Shown piece after piece: positions 25,901 to 40,600 of a DNA stretch of 64,000 nucleotides (position 1 is its first letter; each line of letters begins with the position of its first letter). The translations under genes were made by a program, and so were the position numbers. Source of the stretch: Paraspadella gotoi (lineage: Eukaryota; Animalia; Chaetognatha); NCBI GenBank assembly GCA_051294375.1, contig CM119271.1, forward strand, positions 9,820,291 through 9,884,290, written 5' to 3'. The notes beneath the pieces were generated by a model. That model was not told the DNA's origin, made no database searches, and saw only the letters and a program-made list of their open reading frames with translations.

Positions 25901-26905
25901 GAAAGGGAAAGAAGAATTAAGAAAAAAGGAAAAGAAAGGAAAGACATGGGAAAACAGAAGAGATAAGAATGGGGAATTAGAAAGGAAAGAAGTGAGGAAA
26001 GGGAAATGGAAAGGGAAGGAAAGGAAGAGGAAAAATGACGGGGAGAAAAACGGGGAGAAAAACGGGGAAAAAGAAAAAGTAAGAAGGAAACGAAAGAAAA
26101 GGGAGAAGAACAAGGATGGATAAAGAATAGGAGCAAAAAAAAAAGGGAAAAAAAGGAAATCGAAGGAGGAAAGAAAAAATAAGTGAAAAAAAAAAGAAAA
26201 AGAGGAGAGAGAAAAAAAACCTGCGAAGGTCGACTTAAGACGTTGAAAGGATTTCACTGTGAAAACTGTGAAAGAAAAAGGGTGGAGTTTGAGAAAGAGA
26301 AGAGAAAAAAAAAAGAAATGAGAGAAAGAAAGAGAAAGGTAGAAAAGTTGGCGCTATTTTCCGAAAGCGTCTTATTTCTAAACCTTAACCTCGAGGATCT
26401 AGAATAGAAGAAGGAGAGAAATAAGGGGATTAAGAAATTGAAAGAGGGAGAGAAAGAGGGATAGAAAGAGGATAGAGAATGAGATCAGGATGAGAAAGAG
26501 GATCTAGAATAGAGGAAAGGATTGAAAGAATATCAAGAATAGAAAATCATTATCGGATTTTCTCGACTCAAAAATAAAAAAAAAGAGGATTTAAGAGAAT
26601 TCCGAGTTTTTTGGTTTTTTTTCCTCCAAATAACTTTTTTTTCTTTTTTTTTTCTTTTTTCTCACACGAAAACAAAAAAAATAAGGTTTTCGACAAAGGT
26701 GTCGTGGGTAAGGCACCTAAAGGACCGATTTGTACTTACCAATACTCTGGGGGCGTGAATATGGATCACAGCGAAGCGGGTGAGTTTTTGGAAGAGGAGA
26801 GNNNNNNNNNNNNNNNNNNNNNNNNNGGGAGAGGGAGAGGAGAGATGAGATGAGAGAGAGAGAGAGAGAGAGACAGGAAGAGAGAGAGAGAGAGAGAGAG
26901 AGAGA

Positions 26906-26941
<36 letters not shown>

Positions 26942-27079
26942 AGATGTGAAATGTTATTGATAAGCGCGAGAAAAATAAGTGGGTGTGGGAAGAAGAAGAA
27001 AAATTTGCCAGAGTTTTAAATGGAAAGAAGATAAAAGAAAAAAAATAAAGAGAGAAAGATGTAACTGTTTTCCTCTGTT

Positions 27080-27129
<50 letters not shown>

Positions 27130-30100
27130 GTGTGTGCCTTTCTATGAGTGTGAGTGTTTGTGTGTGTGCGAATGTGCCGCGGTCCGAATTAAGAAATTCG
27201 TGAGCTCCGTGATATTTCGTCCAAAAACGACAGAGGGATTTGTTGATGTTTGAATTCAAAGGAGGAGGAGGAAGAGGAGGAGGAGGAGGAGGAGGAGAAA
27301 AAAGTGAGAAAAAGTGGAAAATAAGGAGCATATTAAAAGAGATATAAAATGTAAAACTTGTCTAAAACCCACTTATGAAATTGTTTTCTAAAAATGATTT
27401 TTTACTGGTATTTTTCTGGTTGACGGAAAAAGCGGGAAACACATTTTTAAAGGAAAAGCCAAAAAAAATTATGTTCATGTTCAACTCACGTTATTAATTT
27501 ATTGAATAAATAAAAATATATTTTGGTTTATAAAAAAAATTGATACAAATAAAATACAAAAGTTTCTTTAAAAAAAGACTAAACGGACAAACACACGACG
27601 CAAAACTTCCGTCCTTTTTTTTCCGTTTTTTCTTCTTTCGGTTGTTCTTTTTCCTGTCTTCCCACGAGAATAATCCGATGCTTTTTTGTTTATGATAAAA
27701 CGGCGATAAAAATGGGTAGATGGCCTCAGTAATCTCTTTTGGTTTCCGCGCGCCTCACCCAAGCCTTACCCGGATTAGCCTTATCTCTCCCCCGATGGAA
27801 AAAATCTCATTTCGACGTCCAAACTCTTAAAGTGTCTGAAACTTTTTAACAGAAGGGATTTAAAAATTTAACAAAAGGGATTTAAAAATATCGTTTCTCT
27901 CTTATTTGGTTACTTGTTTATTTCCTTTAGTCTCATTTATTATGTTCACTTCGGTTACTAGCATTGCCCGTTGATTTTCTATAAGTTTATATGCCTATCC
28001 TTTTTTTACAGACACGGGTTCAACCATTCAGTAATCATTCATTTAAAACAAGCATTCATTTAAACAAATAAGCATTCATTTAACAAACAAGCCCTTGACT
28101 TTTGACGTGCTAAGGTGGCTTAAGAGCTCCATCCTTCTTTACAAGATAACAAGATAATAACATGATAGTCCCCACAAGTTTTAACTCCAGAGTGCTTGGC
28201 TTCAATAACGTATAAAATAATATTTTTTTTTAAACTTTTTCCAATTAGATAATAGGACCTCGCATCGAGTTTTAATTTCAACCAATATCAATAAAACCTT
28301 CGTTTTAACTCCTTAAAATCTTTCGTCACACCCAACCCTTGCCCCCACCACCCCCTTACCCCCAAACGTAGACCTTCCGCCCATAAAAAATTCCTCTCTT
28401 TCCCCCAAAAAATATCCTTACTCGCACTTTTGAGAAGAAAAAAAAAACCGTCGAATTATTATCATATTCTCGTCCGGAATTTTCGTCTTTCGTCTCGATT
28501 CTTTTTATTTCCGCCATCTAAGTTTTCTATTCCCCCCCCCCTTGCCTCGACTCCTTATAAAAAATCTATTTCGTCTAATGTAAAATAAATGAAAAAAAAA
28601 TCGTTCTCAAGATAGGACGCCACGTAAGCACGAATCAGCTATATTGAAATCTGTTGTTTCAGAGTCATGATTTAGGCAGAAGAGTTTAGTAGTTAATAGT
28701 TTGCTTTGTCTTTTCATGCCTATAATATATATATAATATATATAATATATATAAATTGGTACAACCAATTAAAAATTATCCATTCATTTAATAAATAAGA
28801 TACTTGGCCCTGGCTTCGGTTGTTTAAGGTCTCCATCACTCATTCAATATAATAACGTAATCATGGAGGATTGCCTTGATACCGGGGCACGGGGTATCTC
28901 ACAAAATGTGGCGTAAGTGACCGCCTTTTGTCCCTGGCATGTTTAGACCGGCTACGTCACATTTAAGCATAGCCCAGGGATTGAACAAGGGACGCCGCGG
29001 ATGAATCGAGATGATTTAGCCATTAGACGATGCAAAGATGGTCAGCAGTTGAGGCAGCTTTAAGTCGTGCTGCCACAATTTACGTAATATTTAATCGAGG
29101 AGATTTTTTTAAAACCACAAATCTACTCACAAATCTTTTAAACTTTATCCACATTTTTTTAAAAAAAAGTTAAACAAAAATTCATCGCCGCTCGTTCGTC
29201 GATGCCATTTCACCCTCTTCCCTCCCTTTTGCCATATCGATGCCATCTCGGGACCAATGGCGATCCCGTCTCAGAGACCAATGATATGCCATCTCTCCAT
29301 ACGAATCGCTAAATCTGAAGATGCTGAGGAAGGCAGACGCGCGCGGAAAGGCTGAGGACTTCGCTGGGGGGGGGGGGAGGAGTGGAGGCGAAGGAGGGGC
29401 GCGTGTCTGGGGCTCTACTTTTTTTACGTTTCTCTTTTGTTTTTTGTTTTGTTTTGATGCCTTGATAAGAATTTGGAGAGACTGGAAGCATCGAGGGGAA
29501 AGGGTTAATTCTGGTATCTCAGAAAGCGTCCTTTTACGGCTAATTATCGACAATGGAGAAGACACAGTAATTATGTTATGTGTTAGTGACAGAACTGTTC
29601 AATAATAAGCAGTCCCTGCATCTTCGGATCAAGGCTGTAACTCCAAGTTACAGGCGGTTTAAACGTTCCGTCCTCTTAACTGCAAGGACGACCACCGGGC
29701 TGGAACCCCGCACCTTTGGCGTTGAGAGGCGAATGACTTGCCTCCGTCACCAATGGCCGCTGATGAACGGTAGTGGATTTTCAGTCCAACATAATGGGAT
29801 ATATGAATCCCCGTAACCCTCATCTTGTGACGAGCCGAGCCGTTTCGAGGCGAAGCCTTTACCGCTCCACGAAGAAAACAAAAAGCATCCGGTCGAAATT
29901 CGTAAAATTAAACCATTGAACGGCGACGAATTGATCCACGAGATGATCGGAATCTCTCCGGCTCGATATTTCAGTATTATTTTTAATTATATTAACTGCT
30001 TAATTTCATTATATCGTATACAAAACTTTGATCAAACGACAAAAAAAATTCCTCTCGTAAAAATCGGTTTTCCGCTCAGGCGCCGATTTAAATTAGTTTC

Positions 30101-33100
30101 CGATTCTCCTTCTTCTTTAACGTTCCAAACGGAAAGGTTACGCGTTTATCTCTCTCTCTCGCCACGGTTTTATTTTATTTTTTTTTATTTTTTAAAATTT
30201 TTTGTTGTTTACGTCGTTTATTCAGGAAAAATCGTTTTGGCAATCATCTTTCTCTTTCATATCCCTCGATTATTATATTTGACGACTTTTTTAAAAAAAA
30301 ACTAATGGGTGTTTCGATTATTTCTCTTTTTTTTAGCCTATTTCGAACGTTTTAATATTTTGAAACCTTTTATAATTAAAATATTAGAAGTTTTTTGTCC
30401 TGCTCATATTTCTTATTATTCTATCGTTTGAAAAGTATAAGAAATTAAATTAAAGAATTTATAAAAGAATTTATTAAACAAATCTTTTTAAAGGATGCAT
30501 TAACAATTTATTAACGAATTTATTATAACAACATTCCCTACCGCCACGTTTCGCGGGACATAATACAGTTACGCTAATCCCAGTTGTTCTTATTCGCGTC
30601 TACCACCCCTCGAATGCACCTCTACCATCTCCCTTCGTTCCACCCAACTCCTCTCTCTCTCTCTATCTCTCATCTCTGTCTCTCTCTCTCTCTCTGCCTC
30701 ATCTTCTCTCTCTCTCTCTCTCCTCTCTCTTCTCTCCATCTCTCTCTCTCTCCCTTCTTCATCGTTTTCCAGATTCTAAAGATCAGAAGAACCAAAATCA
30801 TTGCAGCAAGGTTGCAGATCACCTTCAAATCAGATCCGTTGGCGAGAGGCCAGCCGTAAGATACCTTTGGTCGCGGTATTCGTCTTGCGAATGTGCCGCG
30901 GTCCGAATTAAGAAATTCGTGAGCTCCGTGATATTTCGTCCAAAAACGACAGAGGGATTTGTTGATGTTATGAATTCAAAGGAGGAGGAGGAAGAGGAGG
31001 AGGAGGAGGAGGAGGANNNNNNNNNNNNNNNNNNNNNNNNNNNNNNNNNNNNNNNNNNNNNNNNNNNNNNNNNNNNNNNNNNNNNNNNNNNNNNNNNNNN
31101 NNNNNNNNNNNNNNNNNNNNNNNNNNNNNNNNNNNNNNNNNNNNNNNNNNNNNNNNNNNNNNNNNNNNNNNNNNNNNNNNNNNNNNNNNNNNNNNNNNNN
31201 NNNATAAAATGTAAAACTTGTCTAAAACCCATTATGAAATTGTTTTCTAAAAATGATTTTTACTGGTATTTTTCTGGTTGACGGAAAAGCGGGAAACACA
31301 TTTTTAAAGGAAAAGCCAAAAAAAATTATGTTCATGGTTCAACTCACGTTATTAAATTTATTGAATAAATAAAAATATATTTTGGTTTATAAAAAAAATT
31401 GATACAAATAAATACAAAAGTTTCTTTAAAAAAAGACTAAACGGACAAACACACGACGCAAAACTTCCGTCCTTTTTTTCCGTTTTTTCTTCTTTCGGTT
31501 GTTCTTTTTCCTGTCTTCCCACGAGATAATCCGATGCTTTTTTGTTTATGATAAAACTCGGCGATAAAAATGGGTAGATGGCCTCAGTAATCTCTTTTGG
31601 TTTCCGCGCGCCTCACCCAAGCCTTACCCGGATTAGCCTTATCTCTCCCCGATTGGGAAAAAATCTCTTTTCGACGTCCAAACTCTTAAAGTGTCTGAAA
31701 CTGTTTTAACAGAAGGGATTTAAAAATTTAACAAAAGGGATTTAAAAATATCTTTCTCTCTTATTTGGTTACTTGTTTATTTCCTTTAGTCTCATTTATT
31801 ATGTTCACTTCGGTTACTAGCATTGCCCGTTGATTTTCTATAAGTTTATATGCCTATCCTTTTTTGATCAAGACACGGGTTCAACCATTCAGTAATCATT
31901 CATTTAACAAACAAGCATTCATTTAACAAATAAGCATTCATTTAACAAACAAGCCCTTGACTTTTGACGTGCTAAGGTGGCTTAAGAGCTCCATCCTTCT
32001 TACAAGATAACAAGATAATAACATGATAGTCCCCACAAGTTTTAACTCCAGAGTGCTTGGCTTCAATAACGTATAAAATAATATTTTTTTTTAAACTTTT
32101 TCCAATTAGATAATAGGACCTCGCATCGAGTTTTAATTTCAACCAATATCAATAAAACCTTCGTTTTAACTCCTTAAAATCTTTCGTCACACCCAACCCT
32201 TGCCCCCACCACCCCCTTACCCCCCAAAACGTAGACCTTCCGCCCATAAAAATTCCTCTCTTTCCCCCCCAAAAAATATCCTTACGTCGCCATTTTGAGA
32301 AGAAAAAAAAAACCGTCCGAATTATTATCATTTCTCGTCCGGAATTTCGTCTTTTCGTCTCGATTCTTTTTATTTCCGCCATCTAAGTTTCTGATTCCCC
32401 CCCCCTTGCCTCGACTCCTTATAAAAATCTATTTCGTCTAATGTAAAATAAATGAAAAAAAAATCGTTCTCAAGATAGGACCCACGTAGGCACGAATCAG
32501 CTATATGAAATCGTTTGTTTCAGAGTCATGATTTTGGCAGAAGATTTAGTAGTTAATAGTTTGCTTTGGTCTTTTCATGCCTATAATATATATAATATAT
32601 ATAATACGTATGAAATTGGTACAACCAATTAAAAAATTATCCATTCATTTAATAAATAAGATACCTTGGCCCTGGGTTCGGTTGTTTAAGGTCTCCATCA
32701 CTCATTCAATATAATAACGTAATATAAAAACTGGAGGATTGCCTGTGATACCCGGGGCACGGGGTATCTCACCAAATGGCTTAAGTGACTGCCTTTAGTC
32801 ACTGGCATGTTTAGACCGGCTACGTCACATTCAAACAATCAAGCTAGAACCGGCATAGCCAAAGGATTGAACCAGGGACGCGCGGACGAAACGTGATGAT
32901 TTAGCCCGCTCAGCCATTGAGAGGAGGCTGAGGATGGTCAGCAGTGAGGCAGCTTTAAGTCGTGCTGCCACAATTTACGTAATATTTAATCGAGGAGATT
33001 TTTTAAACCACAAATCTACTCACAAATCTTTTAAACTTTATCCACATTTTTTAAAAAAAAGTTAAACAAAAATTCATCGCCGCTCGTTCGTCGATGCCAT

Positions 33101-36100
33101 TTCACCCTCTCCTCCCTTTTGCCATATCGATGCCATCTCGGGACCAATGGCGATCCCGTCTCAGGACCAATGATATGCCATCTCTCCATACGAATCGCTA
33201 AATCTGGAAAGATGCTGAGGAAGGCAGACGCGCGCGGAAAGGCTGGAGGACTTCGCTGGGGGGGGGGAGAGTGGAGGCGAAGGAGGGGCGTGTCTGGGGC
33301 TCTACTTTTTTTACGTTTCTCTTTTGTTTTTTGTTTTGTTTGATGCTTTGATAGAATTTGGGAGGAACTGGAAGCATCGAGGGGAAAGGGTGAATTCTGG
33401 TATCTCAGAAAGCGTCCTTTTACGGTCTAATTATCGAACATGGAGAAGACACAGTAATTATTGTTATGTGTTAGTGACAGAACTGTTCAATATAAGCAGT
33501 CCCTGATCTTCGGATCAGGCTGTAACTCCAAGTTACAGGCGGTTTAAACGTTCCGTCCCTCTTAACTGCAAGGACGACCACCGGGCTGGAACCCCGCACC
33601 TTTGGGTTGAGAGGCGAATGACTTGCCTCCGTCACCAATGGCCGCTGATGAACGGTTAGTGGATTTTAGTCCAACATAATGGGATATATGAATCCCCGTA
33701 ACCCTCATCTGTGACGAGCCGAGCCGTTTCGAGGCGAAGCCTTTACCGCTCACTACAGAGAAACAAAAAAGCATCGGGTCGAAATTCGTAAAATTAAACT
33801 CATTGAACGGCGACGAATTGATCCACGAGATGATCGGAATCTCTCCGGCTCGATATTTCACGTATATTTTTAATTATATTAACTGCTTAATTTCATTATA
33901 TCGTATACAAAACTTTGATCAAACGACAAAAAAAATTCCTCTCGTAAAAATCGGTTTTCCGCTCGGCGCCGATTTAAATTAGTTTCCGATTCTCCTTCTT
34001 CTTTAACGTTCCAAACGGAAAGGTTACGCGTTCGATTCTCTCTCTCGCCGGTTTTATTTTATTTTTTTTTATTTTTAAAATTTTTTGTTGTTTACGTCGG
34101 TTATTCAGGAAAAATCGTTTTGGCAATCATCTTTCTCTTTCATATCCTCGATTATATTTTGACGACTTTTTTTAAAAAAAAACTAATGGGTGTTTCGATT
34201 ATTTCTTTTTTTTAGCTATTTCGAACGTTTTAATATTTTGAACCTTTTATAATNNNNNNNNNNNNNNNNNNNNNNNNNTAAATATTAAGTGTTTTTGCCC
34301 TTCATATTTATTATATTCTTTCGTTTGAAAAGGTCAAAGAAATTTATTAAAGAATTTATAAAAAAATTTATTAAACAATCTTTTTAAAGGAGGCATTAAA
34401 CAATTAATTACGAATTTTTTAAACAAATTCTACAACGCCACGTTACCGGACATAATCAGTTTAACGCTATCCAGTGTCTTTTCGCGTCTCCACCCCTCGA
34501 ATACCTCTAACCTCTCCCTTCGTTCCCCCAAAGGTTCTCTCTTCTCGTCTCTCTCTCTCGCATACTCTCCTTCTCTTCTCATCTCTCCTCTCTCTCTCTC
34601 TCTCTTCTCTCTTCTCCTCTCTCTCTCTCTCGCCTTCTTCATACGTTTTCCCAGATTCTAAGATAGAAGCAACAAAATCATATGGCAGAGGATTGCAGAT
34701 TCAACCCAAATCCAAAACATCAGATCCGTTGGCGAGAGGGCCAGCGTAGATAACTGGTCAGCGGTTATTACGTCCTCTCTCTCTATCTGCTTGGTCTCTC
34801 CCTCTCTCTGTTACTCTGTCTTTTGTTACTTCTGATTTCTCTCTCTATCTGTCTGTGCTCTTCTTATTTATGTTACTCTTTGTTACTTTGTCAATATCTG
34901 TCTATCTCTACTATCTGAGTCTGTGCCTCTCCCTTATTATTCTGTTACTCTTTTGGTTACTCTCGTCGTCTCTCTTTCGTTTCTACTGTTCTGTTCCCCG
35001 CCCCGTGCATGTCGGGTCCTCTCTCCTCTCTCCTCTCTATCACTCTCCGCTTCACTCGCTCTCCCTCGGTGCTCCGTCTTCTCTCTCGCCCGAAAGTCAG
35101 TTAGAGATTCTCGAATCTTCCTTGTCATCGTTCAGATCGATCGTCTCTCTCTTCATCATATCTCACATCATCTTGCTCAGGGACCTTGAGATGACTCTTC
35201 TCTCGGAAGACGTCTTGCACCTTGCAATACGTACCTTTTCTTCTTCGCGCTTCCAGAAAATGTTTAAAATTGGAGGTACGAATAATCGTGCGCCTGCGTC
35301 CGTCCATCGTTTGTCTAAGAGAGAGGGGGCGCGAGAGGAGAGAGAGAGAGAGAGAGGGGAGAGCAGAGGGCACTAACATTGTTTTTAACGTATTGATTTG
35401 TCTGTTTATATTTTAAATAAGTTAAACAAGAATTTAAACAATTAAATTCTTCCAAAATCTAAACCAAAATAAACCACTGGAGAATAAACTTTAAAAATCG
35501 TAAAAAAAGCAAAAACGCCTCCATGCTTTTCTGCCAAGTATTTATTCTTCGTAATTCCCCCCAAATGTAAAAAACTTTACGGAGGTTTTACGTGTTACGA
35601 TTGGTCCTTTAGTTTTTTATATTTTCGTAATAAAATCCGTATTTTTAACTTTTTTCCAATATTTTTTTAACAATATTTTCTTATTTTTCCTCAGTCGGAT
35701 CCAAGTGGCCACTACGGTTGCCGCTGCAACCGAATTGGGTCACAATTTGCGGGGGATGGAACACGACAACGGTAGAGTCGGCGCTCGCCGACCCGATTGA
35801 AATCATCGAAAGTGGAGAAGAACTTACCTTTTCCTATTTTTCATTTCTCTCTCTCTAGTCGTCGTCAAATGCGAAGGTGGCTCAAGTATGCAATCATGGC
35901 ATCTGCAAGCGGAGGAAACTTCACAGCACCCCACGTGGTAAGTTATTTCTTCATTGAGTATTCTTCACATTTCTTTTTTTTTTATTCTTTTCTTTCTTTC
36001 TTTATTATTTTTACATTATCTTTATGGTTTTTTTTTCTCGATATTTTGAATTGAATTTTATTGCCTTAATGGGACCGAAAGTGAAACCAAGGGGGGTAAA

Positions 36101-37578
36101 AAGAGCCTGAAAACATCAACGTTTGACCCCCGTCGGTTATAGACCTTAAGGCTGGTTCTGATCATATAATCTTTTTCTTCTACTAATCATTTGGAAAGTT
36201 GTTAAAAAATTCCCGATAAAATCAGGCAAGCTTGAATTTTCTTTAAATAAAACTCGGTAAAAGAAGAAAATCTTTGTTTCAGAAAGTGTTAAAATATTTT
36301 TTTCTTCCAAAAAAGGGTAAGAATCTAATTTTAAAAAGATTTTGCTGCTTTTTATCATCACAAAAATTATAAGAAACAAAAAACTAGGAATGACATCATA
36401 ATTTAAGGTATCTTGACTGAGTCTTATTAATTGCTGTAAAACTTTACTATTTCTCAAAATGAACCTGTCTTGTTAATGTGGAGATGGGAAAATAAACCTG
36501 TTGAAGTAATATATAGAAGTCAGTAAAAAGAACAGAGAAAAGAGTTCTGTGTACGTCCTTTGCCTAAACATTTTTAAATTGTTGAGTTAGATTGATGGAA
36601 TGACAATATTGTTTAATTATACATTTAAGGGATAGAGATATGAATAATAATTAAGAGTATTAACAGTTTATTGTTTCTGTAAGAATAGAATTTAGGTTTG
36701 ATTTATCTGCTTTTGAAGTTAAGAGTATTAAAATAAAAGAGAGATATTAGTCATGAGTAAAGACTTTGTTCAATGAAGGCCGAAACACCTAAGGAAATTA
36801 TAGGCTTTGGTAGCAGTAAATGAAATGAAAAAGATTGGAATTGTATGGTACAAAAAAATGATCTGTGTCTAATGCACGAAAATAAAATAATGGATTATAT
36901 AAATAGTGTGTAGGTAAGGGCAATAAGAGTGTTTATTTTTTTTTCATAAATTATTAATTGTTTTGTTGTCCTCGCTAAGAGATATGAAGGAGAAATCAGG
37001 AATTTTGTTTGCCAAAACATTCTCCATGTGCACAGAGAAAGATATTAATAGACTATCACATTTCAAAATTCCTTTGATGATAGACCCTAAGCTATGATAA
37101 TCGATATATTTATGCAAACTGAGGGATCTCCCTTAATATAGAAATCGCGATAATATTGCTATTTTAATAAAACAATTGAATTAGTAAAAACACTTAAGTC
37201 CCATTGTCTCTCCTTAATAGAGAGAGAGAAACTGTCCCATGTGAGAGAAGGCTGTCACAATCTCTCACCACGAGGCCACCCGCTTTCTTCCTTCTTCCTC
37301 TCTTCCTGCTGCGGACAGACAATGAGAAAAGATGAATCGCACAGGTGGAGATTGAAGATGAGTGACCTCGCCAGGGATCGAGTGACCTCCAGAGGATCGT
37401 ACTGAACGTCCAGGGAATAGATTGACCACGAGCGAGAAATCGTGATGGTCGTGGTCAGGATTTTTGTCTGGGAATTAACCGGAGCGAGTTGGGCAGAATT
37501 GTCGATAAGAGAGAGACATTTATCTGTAATAAAGAAGAGAGAGAGAGAGAGAAGAGACGAGAAGAGAGAGAGAGATGT

Positions 37579-37611
<33 letters not shown>

Positions 37612-40600
37612 AGAGCAAACAATATTATCGTTTTATTAGTAAACAAAAAATAAAAGGCGCAGGGGAAAAAAAAACAAATACAAATCCTAACGTGCAGAGA
37701 AAATATTCGTATCAGAACTGATCGCGCGCATGCCGTGAGAGAGACATCAGCCCCGGAACCTTTTATAAAATGACCGGCGCGACGTAACGAGGGGTAACGA
37801 TTCGTGGGATTCATTAGAGATCAACACACAGGGAATGATGTTGAAAAAGAGAGGGGAGGGGAGCGGAGGAAGAGGAGTGAGGAGGCGAAGTAAGTAAGAT
37901 CTAATATAATTGGTTTTTTTTAAATAAACGCAAAATGAGAATAGAAAAGAATAATCAATCATTAATTAATAATCACGTTAAAATGAAGATTGTAGCCATT
38001 GGCCCAAATAAAATAATGGTATTACGCATTTCGACGACATCTGGACGTTTGGCATATTTTCGCGTGATATTATATAGAACCAGTTTACTAAAAGTCTGGA
38101 AAAACGATTAAAAGTAAAACTAAGACTGATTAATTAAACCAAAGAACGAAGACACTGAAACGTTTTAAAATGGAAACCATTGATAATTATTTTTTTTTTT
38201 TTTTTTTTTATTTCAAAATAATAATAAACGCACCAGGTACATAATGACAAAGTGACCATAAAATAGCCATAAAAAGCAATGACCGCTATGACTAAAATGA
38301 TCAAAATATTTAACGACAATAATTGACATTGTCACATACATAGATATGATATAAGGACCCAAACATGACTTAGGATATCGTAAGTAACATAATGACCCAA
38401 ACATAATTATAATTTACACACGCCACAAACATTATAAATACATAAAGGGATCAAATGTTGATCCTTGATCCATTGATAAAATGTTAATGACAAATTCATT
38501 AAGAAATTTTAAATTAAAACAACGGCCAAGGATTATATTCTTTTAACTTTCACATTTAATTTTGTCATTGCTTTTGTTCCGAACTCTATCGGGTGCATAA
38601 TACTAAGTATGTGTTTTATATTTATGTACCGACATTAATCGATGACTTAAGATAATTATATAGATTCTCACCGATTATTATTTCGGTCAGATGAGAAACA
38701 TTGAGTAAAAATAAAAAACAATTTGATATCCTAAATCACTGTGAACACTAATCACCAGGTACTGGCAATATGCAAATTAGATTATAATGACTTCGAAACT
38801 CGCAGTTTTTTTTTCCAATTGTACGCCGACGTCTCCTAGGTTTCATTTCTCCTTTTCTCTTTCTCCAATCCTAATTTTTCACGTCTTCCATTTTCTGCCG
38901 TTGCTCTTTTCTTTCTCTCTTGTTCTTTTTTTTTTTTCTATTTATTTCTTCTCATCTTTCGCCATTTTTTCTTCGGCATTTCGTTGTTTGTCCCCTTTTA
39001 CTTTTTTGTTCTCATTACTTTTCTCTCACCGACTTTTCTTTTCGGAGATCGCTTTTTTCCTTCCTTTTTTTTCTTCTCTTTTTGCTAATATTTTCCTTTT
39101 CTCCACTTTTCTATTTCTCAGAGTAGGAGAAAAAGAAAAGAGAGGTTAGGAAAGTAGGAAGAAAAAAAGGATTCCTACCACTTTTTTCTTCCGATTTCCT
39201 CTTTACTCACCTCTTCTCGCCACTTATATCTCCGAACCACCACCCAACCTTACCTCCAATCCTCTGTCAGGTCCGAACTGTTCGAAAGCAGTACCTTCGG
39301 AAGCCATGGCGCAGGGATGGATCACTGTTTGCACAATAGACCCGATGAAAGTCTAGCGGTGAAGGTGAGGACAAGACAACAGGCGCGGGGGGGGAGGAAT
39401 GAAAATCTTAAATCTTCCGTGAAAATTCCGACAGCAAAAAGTGAGAGATTTCGGCGATCAAAACTTTTTCGAGTTGAGAAAAATGATGAAATTTTGATTT
39501 CAAGTTTTAAGTTTAATTGAGGAACGAGGGAAAGCTTTTTACCAAGCACTTTACGGAAAGCTTTTTAACCCAAGCAATTTAACGAAGCAGTCATCGTACT
39601 TATAAGTTTTAGTCTCGGACCTTTTCATTTAAGAGTTGAAGAGGTGGTAGCATGGGAGCAAAATTTAAAAGATTTTTAACACAAAGGAGAGAAAAAGAAC
39701 ACAAGGATATATATCTTTTAAATGCAAATGAAAAACAGTATCGCTATTTATATTTACTCGACAAGTTTAGTTCGCCATTATTGCAGAATCGCAGACATTC
39801 TTGTTTCTCGGCCTTCAGACCACAACCATCCATCTCACAACACCCCGAGCCCCGGGGCTATTTTCCGAAAGGGCTCCCGTTTGTGTTCCTAATCCCCGAG
39901 CTCAAATACTTAACCCAAATAAACTAACCCTAATATTTTACCAAATTCCTTATACTATTCCCTAAACTATATCCCTTACCCAATCTAATCCCTAATTCCC
40001 TACCATCAATCCTAACCTTTTATCGGCCTATAAAGTCTTAACATCATGAATCCGTACTTAATCCCTGATATCACTTTCCCTCTATCAACTAATTTAATTT
40101 TTCCTTTAAGCTAAAATCTTTAACTATCATCATTATCAAATTTAAAATAGAAATGGGCCGTTTTGGGAAAAAATAAACCCCGAAAACCTCACGATACAAA
40201 TTTCTCCCCCCCCCTCACCCTCCGCCCGCTCTTATCCAGGCACTTTGCGGAAACATGGAGATTCAGTGAGAGCGCTGGCGAACGAAATGCGAACTCGATG
40301 GATTTCCCGGATTCGTTGCGAATGCCACAGCAAGTGTTGCACAACCCTCCACCATGCAAATCTGAAACATCGGGTGCGACTTGCGGGTGAGTCTTCCTTT
40401 TTAAAGTGCGCGGTGCAGTCTTCTTTAAATAAAGTTGCGGGCGGGTTGTGGAAGGAATTGGGAGAGAGGGTAGAAACTTCGCGCCTCGTATTTCGTGCCA
40501 TCTTTTTTCGGTCACTCTCTCTCTCTCTCTCTTTCCTCGATCTCTCTCAATTCAATAGCCAGTTTTCGGACGTCCAATGATCATTTCATCTCTTTTTAGC

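Larger units (their letters stand above)
27167..34775 (+). repeat. Direct tandem duplication of ~3.7 kb of intron (27167-30885 and 30886-~34775)
   Basis: TGCGAATGTGCCGCGGTCCGAATTAAGAAATTCG restarts at 30886 and the following kilobases match with scattered 1-bp indels. The inverted copy of the locus has this block only once. Confidence 0.9.

Noticed and set aside
29314-29365. CTGAGGA...GAAA resembling a second hammerhead
   Set aside because: No convincing stem II, stem III or UH cleavage site. CTGATGA hits in the 1.1-1.4 kb minisatellite also lack the GAAAC core.
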